From NCBI RefSeq assembly GCF_006345805.1, contig NW_021825290.1:1-15991 (forward strand): a stretch of 15,991 nucleotides of DNA. Direction: 5' to 3'. The translations under genes were made by a program, and so were the position numbers. Positions 7,755 to 15,991 of the stretch are shown here, piece after piece. The notes beneath the pieces are model-generated. The model saw only the letters and a list, made by a program, of their open reading frames with translations, ran no database searches and was not told the DNA's origin. Within the stretch, counting starts at the first letter, position 1. Each line of letters starts with the position of its first letter. The stretch comes from Octopus sinensis (lineage: Eukaryota).

Positions 7755-7815
7755 AATTGTTTTCGTTTCAGCACACGATCTCAGATCAAATCACTTGCTA
7801 TGCGAGTACATCTCC

Positions 7816-7990
7816 TATATAATATATATATATAGTATAATATATATAATATATACATTTAGATACACATATATCTACTTACAGGTATATTGATATATAT
7901 AATATGTGGGTGTTCGCTTGTATTTGTGTGTGTATGTGTTTGTGTGTTGGTGTTATATATAATATATATATATATATATATATTATATAT
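7816..7990. repeat. Imperfect (TA)n/(TG)n microsatellite
   Basis: Directly visible. Confidence 0.85.
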
Positions 7991-8219
7991 CTACTATAAA
8001 GATTTATGGATGATTTAGCGAAATGTTAATGCGTATACTACGGCAACTAAAGAAAAACACAGCAAATATTCAATCCCATTCTAGCCAACAGCAATGAATG
8101 CATTAACGGAAGAAACTGCAGCAGTCTCTGTAGCGAAGAAAACTTCTACATATTAACTAAAACAACAGACATTCCACAAAGAAAACCTGTAAACTGTATT
8201 GTCTGTCTATCCATCTCAA

Positions 8220-8232
8220 TGTCTCTCTCCTC

Positions 8233-8297
<65 letters not shown>

Positions 8298-8349
8298 ATA
8301 TATATATATATGTATTTATGTATGTATATATATGTGTATGTATGAATGC

Positions 8350-8383
<34 letters not shown>

Positions 8384-8395
8384 ATTCATATCTCC
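8220..8395. repeat. (CT)n followed by (TA)n/(TATG)n microsatellite
   Basis: Directly visible. Confidence 0.95.
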
Positions 8396-8592
8396 ATATC
8401 AGTATAGGCGTCCGTATAGATGCATGCGTGTATGTGGGTATTTTACTTAGCTTCGACATATTTAAGGTGAAAGAGAGATGATGATCGATTGCTTTAGAAC
8501 CATTTCAGGTATAAGGTTCTCTGGCTGGACGCCAGGGTGTTATGTACTATTGAAGAGCTGGAAAATTAATGAAATACAGAAATACAGTGAAC

Positions 8593-8761
<169 letters not shown>

Positions 8762-9439
8762 ACAGTGACAGACAGAGAGACAGATATTTATACATATATG
8801 TATATATACACTGAGAAAGATAGAGATAGATTGAGAGTTGAGGTGAGTAAATGAGAAACAGAAGAATTGAAAATGAGAAATTGATCGAACCACATAACAA
8901 AGGAACCAGAGAAATGGCAGCTCTTATCTGCCATAAGATACTTCGATCTATCATCATGTTAATTTCTCAAAATGGGCTCAGAATTCTATCGTTGGCAACA
9001 GAACGGAGCAGAAATATTCCTGAAGCTTCATGTTTCGTCTGTTATTTAATATTTTGCCAGGACACGTATCCAAAATATTGGGTTATTCATTTCTCAAGAT
9101 AAGTCAACTAACCTCCAAACTTTTTGCCAGCACATCAAATTATACTAGCAAGTATATTTTCTCGTTTATTTTTGGCTTCATACTATTTGTGAACATTAGC
9201 GTCGTTAGATAGAGGCTTGTTATTTTTAATATTTTTCTTTCAAAGACGCCCATCAGTGCTTCACTGCTTTTATTTCAATGGAGAACAGTGATAAGAGAAT
9301 ATTTAGCTAACTCAAACAGGATAAATACCACGGTGTGCCAAGGTTTTAATTCACCATACTAGTTTATTTCATTTTATCAACACCTACAGACACATAGACA
9401 TATCTATATTGATGTTTCCGCCGTACTTGTAATATTCAT

Positions 9440-9552
9440 CTGTGTGTGTACGTGTGTGTGTATGTGCGAGTGTCTATGTGTACGTGTTTGTGTGCGTGCG
9501 TGCGTGTGCGTGCGTGCGTGTGCGTGCGTGCGTGTGCGTGTGTGTGTGTGTG
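9440..9552. repeat. (TG)n/(TGCG)n microsatellite
   Basis: Directly visible. Confidence 0.9.
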
Positions 9553-9627
9553 AATACGGGACTCCTGGCTTGATGTTGCACTGGTAAATCTGAGATGGTA
9601 ATAGAAAAGACTCATGGTAATAGAAAA

Positions 9628-9858
9628 GGCGGCAAGTTGGCAGAAACGTTGACATGTTAGGCGAAATGCTTAGCGATATTTCATCTACCGTTACGTTCTG
9701 AGTTCAAATTCCGCCGAGGTCGACTTTGCCTTTCATCCTTTCGGGGTCGATAAATAAAGTACCAGTTACGTACTGGGGTCGATATAATCAACTTAATCTC
9801 CTTGTCTGTCCTTGTTTGTCTCTCTGTGTTTAGCTTCTTGTGGGTAGTAAAGAAATAG
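9628..9858 (+). mobile_element. tRNA-derived SINE, family D (first and only complete unit of the tandem array)
   Basis: Head ggcggcaagttggcagaaacgttg (A-box-like), B box gagttcaaattcc, body gaggtcgactttgcctttcatcctttcggggtcgataaa...gtaccagt, tail gtgggtagtaaagaaata. Confidence 0.85.
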
Positions 9859-10265
9859 GTATTTTATCTACCGTTACGTTCTGAGTTCAAATTCCACCGA
9901 GGTTGACTTTGCCATTCATCCTTTCGGGATCGATAAATTAAGTACCAGTTACGCACTGGGGTCGATGTAATCGCCTTAATACCTATGTCTGTTCTTGTTT
10001 GTCCCCTCTATGTTTAGCTCCTTGTGGGCGATAAAGAAATACGTATTTCATCAACCGTTACGTTCTGAGTTCAAATTCCGCCGAGGTCGACTTTGCCTTT
10101 CATCCTTTCAGGGTCAATAAATTAAGTACCAGTTACGCACTGGGGTCAATGTAATCAACTTAATCCGTTTGTCTGTCCTTGTCTGTCCCCTCTATGTTTA
10201 GCCTATTGTGGGCAATAAAGAAATACGTATTTCATCTACCGTTACGTTCTAAGTTCAAATTCCGC
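9676..10265 (+). repeat. SINE-derived tandem array: 3 full units plus 1 partial unit, period 183-184 bp
   Basis: The marker gttacgttct recurs at 9690, 9873, 10057 and 10241. Units start at 9676, 9859, 10043 and 10227, and the last is cut off by a (CA)n tract. Confidence 0.95.
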
Positions 10266-10395
10266 GCACACACCTCACGCACACACACACACACACACGG
10301 ACACACACATACACACGCCAGCCCCACACACACACACGTCGCTCATAACTGTATAGCAAACACGTGCGCGCACGTACACACATCCCTACACACAT
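10266..10395. repeat. (CA)n-rich microsatellite
   Basis: Directly visible. Confidence 0.9.
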
Positions 10396-10505
10396 CATGA
10401 ACAGAACCATAAATTCTGTGGGCGAATGCTTAGTAAGATTTCATTGATCGATGCCTGGCATTCACCAAGCAAAGATTGAGGAAACCCTTCGGTGTTTGGT
10501 TAAAC

Positions 10506-10660
10506 ATGTGTGTGTGTGTGTGTGAATGTGTGTAAGAGTGTGTGTGCGTGTGTAAGAGTGTGTGTGTGTCCGTGTGTGTGTGTCCGTGTGTGTGAATGTG
10601 TGTAAATGTGTGTGTCCGTGTGTGTGTGTGACTATGTATGCTTGCGTGTGTATACTTATA
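10506..10660. repeat. (TG)n-rich microsatellite
   Basis: Directly visible. Confidence 0.9.
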
Positions 10661-10689
10661 TGCATACAGAATTTTTCTTTCTATTTATG

Positions 10690-10780
10690 ATCTCTCCATC
10701 TCCCTCTCTCTCTCTCTCTCTCTCTCTAAATATATTATATATTATTATATATATATATACATATATATATATTATATATA

Positions 10781-10811
<31 letters not shown>

Positions 10812-10834
10812 GATAGATAGATTGATAGATAGAT

Positions 10835-10893
<59 letters not shown>

Positions 10894-11121
10894 GATAGAT
10901 AGATATACATAGATATTTATACATATATATATTTATATGTATAGATATACATGTATGTATATGTATATATTTGTATGTATGTATTATATATATACATACA
11001 TATATGTATGTATATATGTATATATATGTCTGTATGTATTTATATTATATATGCATACATATACGCATGCATATTTGCGAATGTATGAGTGTGTGTCAAA
11101 TATATGAGTATATACGTATAT

Positions 11122-11189
<68 letters not shown>

Positions 11190-11200
11190 ATACATATATA

Positions 11201-11245
<45 letters not shown>

Positions 11246-11412
11246 TATATATTATATATATATATATATAATATACATACATACATACACCCATACATAC
11301 ACACATACATACACACATACGTAACGCAAACCTACATACGTACCTATGTGCATATACATATATAGAGTGGCATACATATATATATATACACACACACGCA
11401 CACATACACACA

Positions 11413-11459
<47 letters not shown>

Positions 11460-11470
11460 CACACATAGAC
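10690..11470. repeat. Long compound microsatellite: (CT)n, (TA)n, (GATA)n at 10794-10905, (TATG)n, (TA)n, (CATA)n, (CA)n
   Basis: Directly visible. Confidence 0.95.
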
Positions 11471-11799
11471 ATAAGTCTATGTACAAGATCTAATATTCTT
11501 CTTTTAATCAAGAATATCTTCCGATTAAATGCTAAATAAGTAGCAATACTTCCGGTTCTGAACAAAGCAAAAAAAAACTTCATTTCCTCTAATCTAAATC
11601 TCAGTGAATACCTTACATTGCTCCAGTCTTTTAATTCGTCTTTTTGTGGCTCACCATAAGGAGGGGCCGTATCTATGGCATTGATGTAGAGTCTCTGAGT
11701 CTGCCAGAGGAAAATGGTAAAAAAAATCTGTAGTCGATACGCTATTATCGTAAAAATCACGACATCAGCACGATCTGACATATTTGCTTTTACCTTCTA

Positions 11800-11850
11800 T
11801 GCGGTCACTTGACATGCTAGAAATAATAGCCAAATTTCTCTGAAATTTCA
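11800..11850 (+). mobile_element. Probable old SINE 3' fragment (ggtcacttgacatgctagaaataatagccaaatttctc)
   Basis: A related motif occurs in reverse at 12819-12837 (gagatttggcagttatttc = rc gaaataactgccaaatctc). The resemblance to an octopus repeat tail is from recall only. Confidence 0.4.
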
Positions 11851-11887
11851 CTATTTCGACAAATAAATATATTGGGCTAATGGTACA

Positions 11888-11975
11888 GATATGACTGGAT
11901 TGTTAAAAAGCTCGCTTTGGTATCGAAATGCTTGCGGATTCAATCCCTGCTAAGCGACACTTAGTTAAGACTATG
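11888..11975 (+). mobile_element. Highly degenerate tRNA-derived SINE head, family A-like
   Basis: atgactggattgttaaaaagctcgctt...ggattcaatccc (B-box-like, 11936-11947)...gcgacacttagttaag is colinear with the family A head. Confidence 0.5.
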
Positions 11976-12209
11976 CTGTTGTAGGTACAACATGTTCTTT
12001 GTCTATCTCCTTAACTCCTTGGAGATTTTAGGTACAATTATACTAATGTGTCCATCTGTTCTAATTTAATTAAGCTCTATATCTTTGTGCAGCTGAAGAT
12101 TGCTCTACATTTTAAATTGATGTAATGATTACATTGTTCAATTAAATGGAGTTGCATGAAACGATCGTACTACTACATTGCCTCTGGATATCCTTGTTGC
12201 TTATTTTGA

Positions 12210-12251
12210 TTATATATATGTATGTTGTATGTATGTATGTATGTATGTATG

Positions 12252-12318
<67 letters not shown>

Positions 12319-12322
12319 TATA
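12210..12322. repeat. (TATG)n(TA)n microsatellite
   Basis: Directly visible. Confidence 0.95.
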
Positions 12323-12520
12323 TGACCTCGTGTGTACCGTTGGCGATTTTTTTCTTCTTCCCCCTTCTCTGGATCTTTCCTTCTCCTATGTTTCCGACGA
12401 GAGGTCCGCTCGAAACGTTAAACCCTCCTTCTTTCCTTCTTTCCTGAGCGTCCAATAATACTATTTTGTTCCACGTCCTCGCGTTGTTTTGTTTTTTTGT
12501 GCTTTCTGTTGTGGATTAAC
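12323..12520 (+). mobile_element. ~200-bp pyrimidine-rich interspersed element between (TA)n tracts; candidate Penelope-like terminal-repeat or retrozyme-type fragment
   Basis: Sharp boundaries against (TA)n on both sides and a hammerhead-like core at 12390-12423. The PLE assignment is inferred from that motif, not from an RT/EN ORF. Confidence 0.5.
12390..12423 (+). ncRNA. Minimal type I hammerhead-ribozyme-like motif (U4C variant)
   Basis: GUUU | CCGACGA | GAG-guccg-CUC | GAAA | CG | UU | AAAC. Helix I is gttt (12390-12393) with aaac (12420-12423); helix II is gag/ctc; palindromic AACGUU replaces helix III. Confidence 0.5.
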
Positions 12521-12699
12521 TTTATATATATATATAGAATGCATATTCTGCATTAATTGCGAAATCACAGGTGATATGTAACTAAATTCTTTTTTTAAAT
12601 GATTTGCTTTGAAGTTTGCATTCGGTAAAATTGTGTTTATTTAGTAGTTTTGACCGCATTGGTCCCTCTTAGCGTCTAGTATCTACGAATAGTAGTACT

Positions 12700-12741
12700 C
12701 TCAATATAATATATATATATGTATATATGTATGTATGTATG

Positions 12742-12790
<49 letters not shown>

Positions 12791-12805
12791 ATATATATAA
12801 TATAC
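12700..12805. repeat. (TA)n/(TATG)n microsatellite
   Basis: Directly visible. Confidence 0.9.
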
Positions 12806-13271
12806 TATCGTGACGGATGAGATTTGGCAGTTATTTCAGTATGATGGTCGAACACATATACACAGGAACTGCCATAGTTTGTTGAATACGGTCTCACATT
12901 TAAAATAACTAAATTATACAGAAGACCCTAATTCTAAAAGTTTTAGAATTTCCATGGAAACCAACGAGACTTAGGCCTTTTAGCAATAGGATCTCAAATT
13001 GCAGTAACAAATCAAATTTACTCTGAATATTAGCCTCTAAGTGAAATTCAATTCCACACATATTTCCTTTCAGAAATATATGTCAATTAAGATTCAGCAC
13101 GCCAGAACGTGCATGGATTGTTGAACAGAAATGTTTAATTTGATATCTAATTAAGCTAACATATTTAATTTAATATATAATTCCAATTTCATGACAATGG
13201 AAGATGTTATTCAGTGGGTGTCCCCCTAACTTGGTAAACAATTGATATATTGTTTAGTAAGCGGGTGGAAG

Positions 13272-13506
13272 TGGAGGCGCGTGTGGTTTAGTGGTTAGGG
13301 TGTCAGCATCATGATCGTAAGATTGTGATTTCGATTCAGATTATGTTCTTCAGAAAAACACTTCGTTTCGCGTTGCTCCAGTCCACTCAGCTGGCAAAAA
13401 TGAGTAGCGCTGCGATAGACTGGCGTCCCGTCCAGCTGGGGAAGACATACGCCATAGAAACCGGGAAACCGGGCCCATGAGCCTGGTTAGGCTTTAAAAG
13501 GGCGCA
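13272..13506 (+). mobile_element. tRNA-derived SINE X: family B-type head and body joined to a family C-type tail
   Basis: Head tggaggcgcgtgtggtttagtggttaggg; 19-mer shared with 6572-6590; tail 13402-13505 aligns with 13708-13812. Confidence 0.85.
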
Positions 13507-13510
13507 TATG

Positions 13511-13829
13511 TGGAGACGCAATGGCCCTGTGGTTAGAGCAGCGGACTCGCGGTCGGAGGATCGCGGTTTCGATTCCCAGACCGGGCGTTTTGTGTGTTTA
13601 TTGAACGAAAACACCTAAAATCTCCGCGAAGCTCCGGCAGGGGGTGGTGGTGATCCCTGTTGTTCTCTTTCGCCTCAACTTTCTCTCACTCTCTCTTCCT
13701 GTTTCTTGAGTAACGCTGCGATGGACTGGCGTTCCGTCCAGCCGGGGGGAATACATACGACACAGAAACCGGGAAACTGGGCCCATGAGCCTGGCTAGGC
13801 TTGAAAAGGGCGACGTTTATCGTTTCTTT
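13511..13829 (+). mobile_element. tRNA-derived SINE Y (family C), directly tandem to SINE X
   Basis: A box tggccctgtggttag and B box ggtttcgattccc. The 18-mer gcagcggactcgcggtcg (13538-13555) is identical to 14616-14633. The tail is shared with X, followed by a T-rich 3' segment. Confidence 0.85.
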
Positions 13830-13914
13830 TAAGCGGGTAGAAGACTAAGGATAATATATACTGTTTGAAGCATCAGGGCGGAACAATTAATGCAAGGATG
13901 GTTGTTCCGATTCT

Positions 13915-13990
13915 TTGCATTCTGAGTTCGAATATCACCCTGTTTGATTTATGCCATTCAACATTTTAATAGCTATAAATTGAATAACAA
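13915..13990 (+). mobile_element. Highly diverged family D SINE remnant
   Basis: ttctgagttcgaatatcaccctgtttgatttatgccattcaacattttaatagctataaattgaataac is colinear with ttctgagttcaaattccgccgaggtcgactttgcctttcatcctttcggggtcgataaattaagtacc. Confidence 0.45.
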
Positions 13991-14214
13991 TAAGCGGGAT
14001 GGTTCTCTGTTCTATGATCATTTAACTGCAACGACCTTCACAATAACCAGCCTTCAATTTGATTTTCCGTCCCTAGGTTAATTGGAGACATAAATTGGCG
14101 TGCTACTCATAAACCCTCTGGGAAGTTCAATTATTCGGTGAAAAATATACTCTCAGAACAACTTAAACTGTCCAAGGGACGGGTGCGTTTGCTAGTCTTG
14201 AAATAAAGCTGATC

Positions 14215-14436
14215 AATGACATATATACATATATAAACGCATGAATGCATACATAAATACGTACGTACGTACATACATACATACATGCATACATACATAC
14301 ATACATACATACATACATACATACATACATACAATACATGCATCATACAGCATACATACATACATACATACATACTACATACATACATACTGCATGCATA
14401 CATACATCATACATACATACTTACATACTACATACA

Positions 14437-14468
<32 letters not shown>

Positions 14469-14520
14469 CATACATATATGCATACATACATTTATACATA
14501 AATGTGTATAAGTACGTTCA
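14215..14520 (+). repeat. (CATA)n tetranucleotide array, imperfect
   Basis: Directly visible. Confidence 0.95.
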
Positions 14521-14587
14521 CACACAAATATACGCACTCACTCAAATATTTCATAAACATATTTCAATTAAACTAAAGTTCGCTTAT

Positions 14588-14889
14588 AGTGGAGGCATAT
14601 GGCCTAGTGGTTAGGGCAGCGGACTCGCGGTCGAGGGATCGCGGGTTCGAATCTCAGACCGGGCGATGTGTGTGTTTATGAGCGAAACACCTAAGCTCCA
14701 CGCGGCTCCTGCAGAAGGTAATGGCGAAACTTCTGCTGACTCTTTCGCCACAACTTTCTCTCATTCTTTCCTACTGCATCTTGCAGATCACCTGCGACGG
14801 ACCGGCGTCCTGTCCAGGTGGGGAACCTATACGCCAAGGATACCGGGAAACCGGCCCTTATGAGCCAGGCATGGCTTGAGAAGGAACAA
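14588..14889 (+). mobile_element. Full-length tRNA-derived SINE Z (family C) with a perfect 13-bp target-site duplication
   Basis: aaagttcgcttat at 14575-14587 and 14890-14902. A box tggcctagtggttagg, B box ggttcgaatctc. Head and body colinear with Y; the tail is a diverged version of the X/Y tail. Confidence 0.92.
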
Positions 14890-15517
14890 AAAGTTCGCTT
14901 ATGTCTAAACACTGCTTGCCTCTGATACTGCTGTGATCGTTTCCGACCTGGTAGTCACATAGTGTGTCACAGTTAATGCCGTTTACTGTGTTTTACTTAA
15001 AGCTACGGATTTGGTTAAGTCTGTCCAGAAATGTTTCTATTCGTATTTCTCATTGATAACGACTAAAGAGCTAGAAATGCGTCTGGGAATCTAACAGGTG
15101 TCAGCACTGGACAGATGTGGAGTTTTTACAACTTTTTACTCTAAGAGAGAATTTTCCTCACGGTAACTGCTGTGAATTTAGTTATTAATAACGAAAAATA
15201 TTTCACGGATGGAGATCATTTTTATACTTTTGGTAACGCGCTGCTACATATGTTTCGGAAAGACATGTATTTTTATGGGACTACCTCACCACATCGATAG
15301 GATATTATTAAATATTATTTATAATATCTGTGGAACGTTAAGGGTGTACATTAACTCGACTTGCATAATTCTTCAGACAATTTTGCGTAGATGTTTATAG
15401 GATTGCCTGGTTGTTTAGGTTACAAGATATTAATCATTCTACACCAATCAAAATCTAGCAAAGGAACTTTTATGGGCGTAGTAGTAGGCATTTCTCATAT
15501 ACAAAATACAATGATGT

Positions 15518-15589
15518 AAATATATATATATAGATATATATATATATATTATACATGGTGGTAGATACACAGATAGATAGATAGATAGT

Positions 15590-15686
<97 letters not shown>
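15518..15686 (+). repeat. (TA)n then (GATA)n array (15571-15686)
   Basis: Directly visible. Confidence 0.95.
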
Positions 15687-15991
15687 TCTGCGTATCTTTG
15701 TTGTGGTATGTTTGTTTCTGCACAGTCTCTTAAAATATATCTCCAGCTGCCTAAAGGATGTAGATAGGGATATATGAATGAGTTGTTCTGCCATAGTTCT
15801 GGAGCAATATGCCAAGATACATATACATATAAGTAGTCTTTATCATTATATATAGTTTTAACTTTAATTTCCTTTATATTTAAGATTCACTATTAATATC
15901 CCTACTCTTTCAGTTAGCTACTTATGACGTTATATCATATAACGTTTTTTTAAACAATATTATAGCGTTCTGTCTATCGCTATACGAATCC

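Noticed and set aside
9676-10265. Regular repeat array as a possible CRISPR
   Set aside because: The whole 184-bp unit is repeated with no unique spacers, it derives from a SINE, there are no cas genes, and the context is eukaryotic.
13325-13355. Minus-strand CTGAAGA...GAAA spacing resembling a hammerhead
   Set aside because: No helix II pairing; it is the antisense of a degenerate SINE B-box region.
14067-14182. 11-bp imperfect inverted repeat (ccgtccctagg / ccaagggacgg) as a MITE
   Set aside because: Too short, does not extend, and has no TSD; compatible with chance.

Overview
AT-rich, repeat-dense animal genomic DNA, most likely from an octopus. This is inferred from recalled similarity of the tRNA-derived SINEs to abundant Octopus repeats and from the microsatellite load, about 30% of the window by hand tally. 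There is one credible protein-coding gene: an uninterrupted 666-aa minus-strand ORF (297-2297) encoding an ADAM/ADAMTS-like (M12B reprolysin) protein with signal peptide, prodomain, RSKR furin site, metalloprotease fold, ADAMTS-type Cys-rich module, two PLAC-like six-Cys repeats and a hydrophobic tail. Its zinc-binding motif HExxHxxGxxHD is replaced by KMIAQNIGLTAD, so it looks like a pseudo-protease. The rest is non-coding: about ten SINE copies or fragments from several modular families, a 162-bp MITE-like element, a ~200-bp element carrying a minimal hammerhead-ribozyme-like motif, and many compound microsatellites. The SINEs include a head-to-head inverted pair, a 183-184-bp tandem array and a dimer inside one target-site duplication. 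All other ORFs in the track are microsatellite or SINE artefacts. Alignments were done by eye and no database searches were run.
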